Positions 1 to 11,619 of a stretch of DNA of 64,000 nucleotides are shown one piece after another (position 1 is the first letter of the stretch; every line of letters starts with the position of its first letter). The position numbers and the translations under genes were made by a program. This stretch comes from Octopus sinensis (taxonomy: Eukaryota), in assembly GCF_006345805.1 (NCBI RefSeq), contig NC_043002.1, positions 72,664,001 through 72,728,000 on the forward strand, read 5' to 3'. The notes beneath the pieces are model-generated. The model had not been told where the DNA came from. It searched no databases and saw only the letters and a program-made list of their open reading frames with translations.

Positions 1-120
1 AAGAAGAAGAAGAAGAAGAAGAAAGAAGAAGAAGGAGAAGATGACGATGATGTGATGGTAGTGATGATTATGACACGATGATGATGATGAGAAGAAGAGG
101 AATAAGGAGAAAAACACAGA
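1..120. repeat. (GAA)n/(GAT)n purine-rich simple repeat
   Basis: Directly visible trinucleotide runs. Confidence 0.9.
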
Positions 121-269
121 GAAGGGAGAATATGAATGGGTTAAAGTAGTGAGGTATTGTATGATTTGAAGTTGGCATGTTATGGATTTAGCTGTGATTT
201 TAGCTGTGATTAGTAATGGATTCTTTGGAATGTAATATTTGTGTGTGAATATTTCTTTTATTCTAAAGT

Positions 270-3085
270 TGAGGTATATTATTGTTTGTCGTAAACCCGT
301 TAAGAAGTGGCCTGTATTTTGCAATAAAGAGAGTTTCTTTACTTATTCGTTGTCTCGAGGTTGTATCGTCCCTAAATGGTAGAGGGGGAAAATCCTGAAG
401 CTTGGTGTTTTTTTGTTGGCGCAAGTATCTATGTGTTGGCTAAAAGCTATTTTTCTGTTTTGGGGAATTTTTATCTGGGATCTGTGCAGGGCCATTCGTT
501 TACGCAAACTATTTTTTGTTTGGCCTATGTACTGCTCTTGACACCCGGAGCAGGTTAGTGAGTATATTAGGTTCTCCGAAGCACATGTGAAGTTGCTTTT
601 CACTGTAAACCGTTGTCCCTGTTTGAAGGAGAACTCTGATCCCTCAATTAGATAGTCGCATATCCCGCAATTGGGTCTTCCACATTTTTTTACTGTCAGC
701 TTCTGTGTTGAAGAGTGAATTCGGGCTTGTGTTAGGAGACTTTTCATGGATTTAGGCTGTCTCTTGCTTTTATGATCGTGTGTGTTTGGAGGATTGTGTT
801 CATTCTGTGGTCTTTTTTTAGGAGGGGTATGTTGTGGAGGATGGTGCCGAAGGCTTCGTTATTGAGAGGGTTGTGTGTGGAGATGTATGGTAAGGCTTTT
901 GGTTGTAAGTTTTTCTTTGATTTGGGATGTCTCAGTTCCTTGATGTTAAGTTGAAGGGCACGTTGAATGCACTTGTCAATAAGTGAAGGTGGATAGTTCC
1001 TGGTGATAAGGGTATCTTTTAGTTCTTGTAGTCGTGTGTCTCTGGTGTTTGCGTTCGAGACTATAGTGCATATCCTTTTTGCTAGGTTGAAGGGGATATT
1101 CATCCTGTGTGTCTGGGGTGGCATGAATTGAATGGAAGATATTGCTTAGAGTCTGTAGGCTTATAATATATGTCTGTTTCTATTATATTATTAGCTTTCT
1201 TAATGAGGATATCGAGGAAGGGGAGTTGTTGCTGGCTATATTCCATCGTGAATTGGATGTTTACGTCCAGTCCGTTTTAAATTTCCTGGAATTCTATGAG
1301 TTTTTCTATTTTTTATGCCAAGGATGAAACAGTCATCTAGATATCTCTTCCAGTTGTTTTCTATGTAGATGGAGAAAGGGCTGCCATATCTTTCTAGAAC
1401 CTTACGATACAGACTGATCTCTAGATATCCTATGACTAGGTTGGCAAAGGAGGGGGCCATTCGTGTACCCATCGCAGTCCCCGATTTTTGTCGGTAGAAG
1501 TTGTCATTGAAGGCGAAGTTATTTTCCAGGATGAATTTAACCCCTTCTATCACGAATTCTTTTTGATGCGATGTGGTAGTTCGTTGGCGTGATTTTCTAG
1601 CCAGAATTGGATTGCCTCTAGTCCTAGGTTGTGGGGGATATTGGAGTAGAGGTTGACTAATCGAAGGATACCAGTATGGTGGTTTTTTGTTTATAGTATT
1701 CGGTAGGTGATTGAGCATATCTAAGTCGTCCCTTATATAGCTTTTGACATGTTTTAGGAGTGGTTTTAACAGGGTGTCTAAAAAGTTACTGAGGCGGTGG
1801 GTTTCGCATGCGGGACCTGCTATTATGGGTCTCAATTTGAGGTCATTAGGATTAGGGACTTTAATTTTTGTCTGTAGCTATCTTGCATGCGTTGCTTATT
1901 TTCTCACTTTTGTGGATCTTAGGTATACCGTAGAATTGGCTGGTTTTGCTTGTGAAATTGGTCATATAATCATATTCTTTGTCGGTGAGCCCTGCTTGTA
2001 TGGGTTTAATATGGATTTTAGTTCCCTCATTATTTTTTTGTTTGACTGTAGGTTTGTGCCTTTTCATAGTATGTTGTGTCTTCCAGCATAGAAGTACCAA
2101 AGTTATGTAAAATGTCGTATCCATTAAGACAACAGCACTCCCTTTATCGGCCTCTTTGATTGTTATTGTTTTATCTAGTTTTAATTTGTTCAACTCAGCC
2201 CATTCTTTTTTGCTGAAGTTTGGTTTGTGTTTTTGTTTGTGCATATGTTGATATGGGTAATTGATATGTGGTCACAGAATCATCAAGTGTTTTTGTTCTT
2301 ACCTTCGAGGGGGTGTAGTTACTCCTATTTCTGGCTAACGATTCGTCCTCGTTGTATTTATCGTATAGCTCCTCAGTAAGTCTTAATTTTCTGCAGAATT
2401 CTGCGATGTCTTCTTTCATTTCATTGTAGTTGGGGTGTTGTGGGGTGGGTGTAAACTTGAGTCCTTTGGAAAGTATGTTATTTGGTTTGCTGTTAGTTCC
2501 TTGTGAGTTAGATTGATAATTTTTATTACTTTTGGTTCCTCCTGCTTGTTTGGTGCTATCTTGTGTCTCTGTGTTGCGTATTGGGTCTAAAAAATGAATG
2601 CGGTGGTTGGGACGGTAGCTAGTATATAGTTGTTCTTTGTTGATGTGGGGTCTCCTGTTGTGATTTATGGTGTGTGTTCTTGGAGCAGTATTGAGGAGAG
2701 CATCCCGATATCCCATATTCGGGTGTGGTGTTCTAGGAGGCCTTCGTTGGTAATCATTGCAAGTGGTGTGGGTTTGTTGTGCATGGTTGTTTAACCGGTT
2801 GATGGGACGAAGATTTCGTTGGTAACTCCTTTGGGTGGGGATAAGGTTGCAGTGTCTATGCTGTGGGTGTTGATTTATTCTTTCTCTGCTTGAAGTGGGG
2901 GTATTCCTGGTATTGTATCGCTGGCTGTTTACAGAGTTAGGGTTAGGTCCTGTATTCTTTTTTTGATAGTAGTAAAGGTTCCGATTTTTAGACAGGTGTG
3001 TATCGGTGTTTGGGTGTTGTTTTGGTTTTCTTATTTTCTGGAAAGGGTTCTTCTAATTTTTCTAAATTTAATTATTTAATCGTTA
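270..3085 (-). mobile_element. Penelope-like retroelement (Neptune-type), RT + GIY-YIG endonuclease, frameshifted, probably 5'-truncated
   Basis: Consecutive minus-strand ORF pieces in PLE order: N-terminal ILSKGLKFTPTP (2195-2716), IKEADKGSAVV and FYGIPKIHK (1861-2244), RT RPII..GTAMGTRMAPSFANL..WKRYLDD (1236-1835), thumb/linker NIPFNLAKRICTIVS (744-1124), Cys motif CGRPNCGIC plus GIY-YIG NLIYSLTC..YIGQT..LRKR..H (343-747). The C-terminus KETLFIAKYRPLLN continues in another frame to about 270. Confidence 0.92.
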
Positions 3086-3123
3086 CAGTTTAAAAGGTCT
3101 CAAAATGACCGAAACCGGTACTG
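3086..3123 (+). ncRNA. Minimal type-I hammerhead ribozyme, degenerate core (HHR1)
   Basis: CAG-[TTTAAAA instead of CTGANGA]-GGTC/tcaaaat/GACC-GAAAC-cg-GTA-CTG; stems I and II pair; palindromic ACCGGT in stem III. Confidence 0.6.
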
Positions 3124-3210
3124 AAATGTTCACTATAAAATTATTTTAGCATTTTCTATTTTTGACTTGTTTTTTCATATATATCAACTCGTGTGTTCCT
3201 TTTCACCCTT

Positions 3211-3214
3211 ATAC

Positions 3215-3267
<53 letters not shown>

Positions 3268-3689
3268 TATATGTATGTATGTATGTATATATGTATGTAT
3301 GTATGTATATATGTATGTATGTATATATGTATGTATGTATGTATGTATATATGTATGTATGTATATATGTATATATATATATATGTGTGTGTATGTATGT
3401 ATATATATGTATGTATGTATATATATATGTATGTATATATATATATGTATATATATGTATGTATATATATATATATGTATGTATGTTATATAATATGTAT
3501 GTATATATGTATGTATGTATGTATGTATTATATATTATATATGTATGTATATATAGTTATGTATGTATGTATGTATGTATGTATATATATGTATGTATGT
3601 ATGTATATATGTATGTATGTATATATGTATGTATGTATGTATATATGTATGTATGTAGATATGTATATATATATATATATATATGCATG

Positions 3690-3721
<32 letters not shown>

Positions 3722-4281
3722 TATATATAATATATATGTATGTATATATATATATGTATGTATATATATATGTATGTATATATATATATATGTATGTATA
3801 TATATATATGTATGTATGTATGTATATATATGTATGTATGTATATATGTATGTATGTATGTATGTATATATATATATATATGTATGTAGTATATATATAT
3901 ATATGTATGTATGTATGCATATATATATATATATGTATGTATGTATATATGTATGTATGTATGTATATATATATGTATGTATATATATATATATGTATAT
4001 ATATATGTATGTATATATACATATGTATAATATATTATATATATATATGTATGTATGTATATATATATTATATATATATATATGTATGTATATATGTATG
4101 TATGTATGTAGATATATATATATGTATGTATGTATATATATATGCATGTATATTATATATATGTATGTATATATATATATGTATGTATGTATATATATAT
4201 ATATGTATGTATGCATATATATATGTATGTATGTATGTATATATAATGTATGTATATATAATATGTATGTATGCATGTATG

Positions 4282-4325
<44 letters not shown>

Positions 4326-4446
4326 ATGTATGTATGTATATATATATATATATGTATGTATGTATATATATATATATATGTATGTATGTATATATGTATG
4401 CATATATATATATGTATGTATGTATATATATATGTATGTATGTATA
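3211..4446. repeat. Compound (TA)n/(TATG)n microsatellite, about 1.2 kb
   Basis: Directly visible; source of the spurious Y/I/C/M-rich ORFs. Confidence 0.98.
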
Positions 4447-4695
4447 AATCTTTAAATCCTTTAAAATGTTTTAGCCCGAAGGCCGCGGCCATGCTGGGGC
4501 ACTACCGCTGAATGAGCTACACTAATTTGTGAATCCACCTCTGATACGTGGCACTTGATCAACAAGGGAGTTCGATGCTGCTGCCCGCATCCGCGTCTCC
4601 TGTCGTGAGGTAGGTTCATCTGGGACTCCCGACAAGAAGAGATCCAGTTTAGTTTTAAAGAAACCCACATCCACACCATGCAAGTCTCTCAGGCA
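4447..4695 (-). mobile_element. CR1-like LINE 3' end fragment (second copy of the tail of the element at 5306-7659)
   Basis: Near-identical to 5306-5547; encodes [36 protein letters not shown]. Confidence 0.9.
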
Positions 4696-4829
4696 TATAT
4701 ATATATGTATGTATATATGTATGTATGTATGTATATATGTATGTATGTATGTATATATATATATGTATGTATATATATATATATGTATGTATGTATATAT
4801 ATATGTATGTATATATATATATATGTATG

Positions 4830-4913
<84 letters not shown>

Positions 4914-5067
4914 TGTATGTATGTATGCATGTATGTATGTATGTATGTATATATATATATATGTATATGTATGTATGTATATATATATATATGTATGTAT
5001 GTATGTATATATGTATGTATATATATATATGTATGTATATATATATGTATGTATATATATATGTATG

Positions 5068-5100
<33 letters not shown>

Positions 5101-5149
5101 GTATGTATATATATATATATGTATGTATATATATATATATATATGTATG

Positions 5150-5181
<32 letters not shown>

Positions 5182-5267
5182 GTATGTATGTATGTATATA
5201 TATATATGTATTATATATAATATATATATATATATATATGTATGTATATATATATATATATGTATGT

Positions 5268-5305
<38 letters not shown>
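4696..5305. repeat. Compound (TA)n/(TATG)n microsatellite
   Basis: Directly visible. Confidence 0.98.
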
Positions 5306-5306
<1 letters not shown>

Positions 5307-7657
5307 AATCCTTAAAAAATGTTTTAGCCCGAAGGCCGCGGCCATGCTGGGGCACCACCGCTGAATGAGCTACACTAGTTTGTGAATCCACCTCTGATAC
5401 GTGGCACTTGATCAACAAGGGAGTTCGATGCTGCTGCCCGCATCCGTGTCTCCTGTCGTGAGGTAGGTTCATCTGGGACTCCCAACAAGAAGAGATCCAG
5501 TTTAGTTTTAAAGAAACCCACATCCACACCATGTAAGTCTCTCAGGCATTTAGGGAGGATGTTAAAGAGCTGTGGTCCTCTGAAACCCAAGCTGTTGCAG
5601 TATCTGGACCTGTATTTTGATGGTGATGTTGGAATCTTGGCACCACGCAGCGGCGCCCCGTTCTGCGGTTGGAGTAACTTTGAATGCCAAAGTTTGGGAC
5701 AAGACCCTCCAGGATTTTCCAGATGTATATCACTGCATATCTCTCCCGCCTCCGCTCCAGGGAGAAGAGGTTTAATACCTTCAGTCTTCTCAGTAGCTGA
5801 CATTTTGCATTGAGACGATTTTCTTTGTGTAGCTTCTCTGAGTTGCTTCGAGTTCTGTTGTTAGTTTTATATTGTGTGGTGACCAAAGTTGGGAGCAGTA
5901 GTCCAAGCGGCTGAGGACGAATGTTTTCCATAGGACCATCAGCCGTCTGCATTTTATCACCAGATTAGCAATATGCATTTGGAAAGATGCATCATTGCTC
6001 ATGTCAATGCCCAGGTCACGCACTGATTTTGACTCAGGGATTGCAATTCTTCCTGGGCCAGTGTATCCAGTCTTCACGTCATTTACCTTTGTGTGCCAGT
6101 AGCGCAGGGCCTGGAACTTACCTGCATTAAACTGCATGTTGTTGTCCTCAGCCCACCTGTATATTGTGTCCAGCTCATGTTGCAGATGCGCAATATTTTC
6201 AGGGTTTTGTATTGCGTGGGAGACTTTTGTGTCATCTGCATAGCTAGCAAGGGTGGTCATCGTAGCAACTGAAGGCATGTCTGAAAGGGCCACTATGAAC
6301 ATCAGTGGCCCCAAGACAGTGCCCTGTGGGACACCGCTTGTTATTTGCGTTTCCTTGGAGGTGGCTCCATTGCTCACAACTGCCTGTTTTCTGTCTTTTA
6401 GGAAGTTGTGCAGCCACTCTCCAAGTTTCCCGCCTATGCCGAGACCACGCAGTTTGTGACAGATCATACCATGGTCGACTTTATCAAAGGCTTTTGCAAA
6501 GTCGAGATATATTACATCCACATTTGAGCCATTTAGTAGCTGTTTCAACACCCAGTCATAGTGTTGCAGGAGCTGTGTTAGGCAGCCTCTACCTGGTCGA
6601 AATCCATGCTGGGGGTCAGACAGTAAGTCATTTTCTTCAAGGAACATGATTAGTTTCTTACGGACTATTCGTCCATGACTTTGCTGATGTGTGAGGTCAG
6701 AGAGATAGGCCTATAATTTTTAGCATCTGCTCTGCTACCTCCCTTATGGATAGGGCATATTACCCCCTCTTTCAGTTTGACTGGGAGCTTACCACTTGCA
6801 AGAAAGCTCTGAAAAAGAAGCTGTAGCGGTTTGCAAGGGCTCGTTTGCACGATTTGAGAAGGATCGCTGGGAATCCATCAGGTCCAGCAGCTGAGTTTGT
6901 GTCAATCTCATCAATGGCTAGTGTGATATCATCATCTTCGATGTTGATGTACTCAATTTTTGTCTCTTTGGCCGCTGGTAAAGTGGCAAAGAATTCTTCT
7001 GGGTTGTTACTTGCCTGTGTCCTAGAGGTGTAGTGAACACACTTGGGAACTGTTCGTTCAGTATTTCACTTATCCTCGTGGGATTTCCTGTGAGAGAGCC
7101 ATCTTTTGGAAGAGAGGTCCTATTCTCTGGTGCACTGTGGCTGTCTCTTTGGCAAACTTAAAGAAAGCTTTAGGGTTTGATTTTATATTTTCTATTACCC
7201 AAGCTTCTTTATCTGCTCTCTCCTTTTCATGGGACTGATGTAGACTTTTCTCAGTTTCCATTAGCATTCTTTCGAGCCGAGACTTCTCACCACTTTTGGT
7301 GTGCTTGCTCAGGCGGTTTGCAATCCTTGTCCGTCGTCTCATAAGAATCCTCCTTTCTCTAGGGATCCTGTTTTTGTTCTTGTGTGTGCTGGCCCTGCAC
7401 ATTGGGACATATTTGTCACATATGGCTTGTATTATGGACATGAAGTGTTTGTGTTTCATGTTTATGTCCGGTGTGGAGAGACATTCAGGCCAATCCTGTT
7501 TGAGGATCTCTTTCTCAATCGACTTCCAGTTGGCTTTATGAAAGTTTAAGTTGGAGAGATGGTGGGTGCTTCGTATAGGCTGTGTGTCTGCGGGGCTTTT
7601 GTTCCATACATAGACAGCTCTATTATGTTGTGATCCGAGATCATTGTCGGCATCACA

Positions 7658-7659
<2 letters not shown>
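5306..7659 (-). mobile_element. CR1/L2-group LINE, 5'-truncated ORF2 (end of APE domain + RT), frameshifted
   Basis: RT motifs QHGFRPGR, YLDFAKAFDKVDH, SGVPQGTVLGP, YADD (5790-6647); NYRPISLTS (6665-6850); SDHN near 7630; C-terminal LERRRERY..IWKILEG. Confidence 0.93.

Positions 7660-7716
<57 letters not shown>
7658..7716. repeat. (TA)n microsatellite at the LINE 5' junction
   Basis: Directly visible. Confidence 0.95.
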
Positions 7717-7721
<5 letters not shown>

Positions 7722-9900
7722 AGTTTTAGTTGTATAATTTATTTATCTGTATGAGTGTGGGTGTGTAAATATTGTTGTATATATCGAGTTTAGTGAGTAT
7801 GTATATGCGTATATGTGAGGGAGTATATGTATCTGTTTGTGTGTGTGTTTTGTGTGTGTGTGGTGTTTGTGTGTGAATGTGTATATGGGTTTGTTATATA
7901 GGTTTGGGGATGTATGTGTTAATTTGTCTGTGTGGGGAGGGAGTGGGTTTTTGGTGTATATTGAGGTTATAAGTTAGTATAGGTATGTGTGAGTGAGGTG
8001 GGTATTTGTATAAGTCGTGGGTCTGTGGTTTACGTGTGTGTGTATTTGCGTGTGAATGTTTAGGTTAGGGGGATTGCTATATAGGTTTGTTATAGAGTTA
8101 GCAAAGGGAGATTTTATCGTTATATGTTTTTAAGAGTTTTGTTTATCATGGTTTTTTTAGGGAATTCGTGGTAATTTGTCTATGTTAGATGTTTGTTGTT
8201 TTTTACATTGTTTCATTCATAATTTTGAGTGGTGTTCGTTTTGCCACGTGAATATTATTTTTAATTCCATTTATTCCATTTCTCCATTCATAATTTTAAA
8301 AGATGTTCGTTTCCAGAGCGGTAATACTTTTTATACATATGTTAAGTTCCTGGGTAACGTAATTTTGTTGGTGTATATGTGAGGCTTATATGTACTTGTG
8401 GGTGTGTGGAGTGGGGTGGGGTGTTTGTATTTGTTATGGGGTGTGTGGTTTACGTGTGTGTATTTGTGTGTGAATGTATAGGTTAAAGGGATTGCTATAT
8501 AAGTATGTTATAGTGTTTAGTAAAGGGAGGTTTTATCATTTATGTTTTTGTGAGTTTTAGTTTATCATGGTAGTATATATATAAAAGAATCCATTCATAA
8601 TTTTTTTTAATAATGTTGGTTTACCGCGTGTATATATTTTTAATTCCATTTATTCTATTTCTCCAATCATAATTTTAAGTGAGGTTTGCTTCCATAGCGC
8701 GTATTCTTTTTATACATAAGTTATGTTCCTATGGTAACGTAATTTGGTTTGATGTTTTTAACGGATTAGAATTTAATTTCACTTCATAATTTGAAACTGA
8801 CTTGAAAGTATGTATATTATTTCTCCTTATGTCATATTATTATTTTTGATATTTGGTTACTTACGATGTATTTTATATATCGTATTATGTGTAATAATGT
8901 TGTTTTTCTTTGGAGTGTTATGTATGTGGGATTGTGTGTGAGTGGGTGCGTATTTTGGTTGTGTAGTTTGTTTATCTGTATGAATGTGGGTGTGTTAATA
9001 TTGTTGTATATGTCGAGTTTGGTGAGTATGTATATGTATATGGTGTGTGTTTTACGTATGTATATTGTGTGTGAATGTGTTTATGGGTTTGCTATTTAGG
9101 TTTGGGGATGTATGTGTTTATTTGTCTGTGTGGGGTTGAGTGGGTTTTTGGAGTATATGTTGAGGTTTATATGTATGTATAGGTATGTGTAAGTGGGGTG
9201 GGTATTTGTATATGTCGTGGGTGTGTGTTGTTTACGTGTGTGTATTTGTGTGTGAATGTTTAGGTTAGGGGGATTGCTATATAGGTTGTTATAGAGTTTA
9301 GTAAAGGGAGATTTTATCATTATATGTTTTATGAGTTTTGGGTTATCATGGTAGGTTTGTTAAGGAATTCGTAGTAATTGTGTCTATTTGCGATGTCTGT
9401 TGTTTTATTGCATTGTTTCATTCATAATTTTTAAGTAGTGTTCGTTTTACCAAGTGAATATAATTTTTAATTCCATTTATTCCATTTCTCCGTTCATAAT
9501 TTTAAGTGATGTCCGTTTCTAGAGCGGGAATGTGGGTTGTATGTGTGTGTGTGGGAGTATGAATAAGTATTGTGTTGAAGTATTTAGCTATTTTATTTAT
9601 TTATAGTTGCCTAGACGTTTTTATGTGTATGTATAGGGATATTATATAGGTGTGTGATTTAGTGTATGTAGTTAGATATGGTTATATATAATTAGTATAT
9701 GTGTATGGGTGTATATATAGTTTATTATTATATATTATTATTATTTTTTTGTTTTGTTTTATATGTTATATTTTATATTTTATATTTTATATTAATTGTT
9801 GATAGGTTTATTTTAGTTTATATATTGTTTATATATTGATTATATATGGATTATATATAGGTTATATATGGATTATATATTTATATTTTTTCATTAATAC
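7717..9900. repeat. T/G-rich, C-poor diverged direct repeats (7745-8330 similar to 8970-9530; partial copy about 8400-8750)
   Basis: Shared blocks such as gtgtgaatgtttaggttagggggattgctatatagg and ttttaattccatttattccatttctcc occur three times. Origin uncertain (decayed retroelement 3' region). Confidence 0.7.
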
Positions 9901-9961
9901 TTTAATTATTTTAAAATTATTATTTTTATATTTTAAAATATTGATATTTTAGATTGGAAGT

Positions 9962-10004
9962 CCACCTGAAGATTGTCGATCAAGACAAGAAACAATTGTA
10001 GTGG
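9962..10004 (+). ncRNA. Minimal type-I hammerhead ribozyme, intact core (HHR2)
   Basis: CCAC-CTGAAGA-TTGTC/gatcaa/GACAA-GAAAC-aatt-GTA-GTGG: 4-bp stem I, 5-bp stem II, palindromic ACAATTGT stem III, GUA cleavage triplet at 9998-10000. Confidence 0.85.
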
Positions 10005-10181
10005 CGGTTTTTTTGACTATTATTAAAATTTTATGTATTGATTAAGTCTTTCCTTGTTTGTTTTGCAAAATAGTGGTTGTCTCTAATAATATTTTATAAT
10101 ATTTTACTATAAAATTGGATTTAATCCTAAATCTGATTTTTTTCCCTGTAAATTTGGATTTATTCCCTAATATTTATTATT

Positions 10182-10182
<1 letters not shown>

Positions 10183-10221
<39 letters not shown>

Positions 10222-10308
10222 ATATATATATGTATGTATATATATATGTATGTATATATATATATGTATGTATGTATATATATCTATGTATATATATATG
10301 TATGTATG

Positions 10309-10341
<33 letters not shown>

Positions 10342-10376
10342 ATATACGTATGTATGTATATATATATGTATGTATG

Positions 10377-10407
<31 letters not shown>

Positions 10408-10745
10408 ATGTATGTATATATATATATATGTATGTATGTGCATATATATATATATATGTATGTATGTATGTGCATATATATATGTATGTATGTATGTGTA
10501 TGCGTGTGTATGTATATATATGTGTGTATGTATATATTTATGTGTGTGTGTATGTATATATATATGTGTGTGTGTGTATGTATATATGTGTGTGTATGTG
10601 TGTATGTATATATGTGTGTATATATATATATGTATGTATATATATATACCTATGTATGTGTTTGTTGTTTGTATACATACATATATATATATATATATAC
10701 ATACGTATATATATACATATATATATGTATATATACATATGTATG
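10183..10745. repeat. Compound (TA)/(TATG)/(TG) microsatellite
   Basis: Directly visible. Confidence 0.97.
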
Positions 10746-10930
10746 TGTTTGTTTGTGTCTGTGTTTCTCACCACACCATCGCTTGACAACCGATGTTGGT
10801 GTGTTTACGGTTCCGTCACTTAGCCGTTCGGCTAAAGAGACCGATAGAATAAGTACTGGGCTTACAATGACTATGTCCTGGGGTTGATTTATTAGACTAA
10901 AGGCTGTGCTGCAGCAAAAGAGTAAAAGAA
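10745..10930 (+). mobile_element. SINE family A, 3' half
   Basis: catcgcttgacaaccgatg..gagaccgatagaataagtact..aaaagagtaaaag, shared with the full copy at 60356-60750. Confidence 0.85.
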
Positions 10931-11254
10931 TATGTACATGAAGACAACGGTATAACAAAAATCATACTGAAGAGTACTTCCTGACTAAATGGAATTATTT
11001 TCCCTTCGGGGGAAGAGTAAACAAGTTCCTTGTGGAATTTAACACTTATTCCAAATGAAAGGAAGAGATATTTTCAATTATCACAAATTCCCCGAAAGAA
11101 AAGGAGCCTCTGATTGAGATCAAGAGGACAACTGTGTCTACGTGGTTTGCTTCAATAAACGTCATCAGCACACCACTTGTTGCAACTTATTTCTTGCAGA
11201 TCACCTACTTAGATACAAAGAAAAAGAAAACATTCATGGTTGTGGGTAAATTGC

Positions 11255-11256
<2 letters not shown>

Positions 11257-11323
<67 letters not shown>
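11257..11323. repeat. (TG)n microsatellite
   Basis: Directly visible. Confidence 0.98.
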
Positions 11324-11326
<3 letters not shown>

Positions 11327-11619
11327 GTTAGTGGTAACAAATTGAGAGAAGAGTCTTCAAATCCAGAGAGTAAAAATGTTTAAGTAAATTATAGTCAGGC
11401 TCTCATCAGTTGTACTTTAGGTTTTCTGCACGTAGAATCGGTCTAGAGACACCCTTTCAGTCAGCTTGTGGCATTATTAAGTTGCAATTTATAGAACGAA
11501 TTACTGAATATTCTTAGATGGAGTGGAAAACATCAATTCAATGCTGATCCTACGCAAGTCACAACTCGAAGTTTCTCGTTCCCAGTCTGCGGGCGAATTA
11601 GGGCTGCAAAAAAAAAAAC

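Noticed and set aside
270-3085. Selenoprotein-type (UGA-recoding) PLE
   Set aside because: Disruptions are mainly frameshifts; no conserved in-frame UGA or SECIS could be identified.
3162-5368. Long Y/I/C/M/H/T-rich ORFs (up to 449 aa); similar ones at 10.1-10.9, 24.4-25.3 and 34.4-34.7 kb
   Set aside because: Stop-free translations of (TA)/(TATG)/(TG) microsatellites.
11403-11409. Minus-strand CTGATGA (hammerhead core half)
   Set aside because: No stem II plus GAAA partner at a usable distance.
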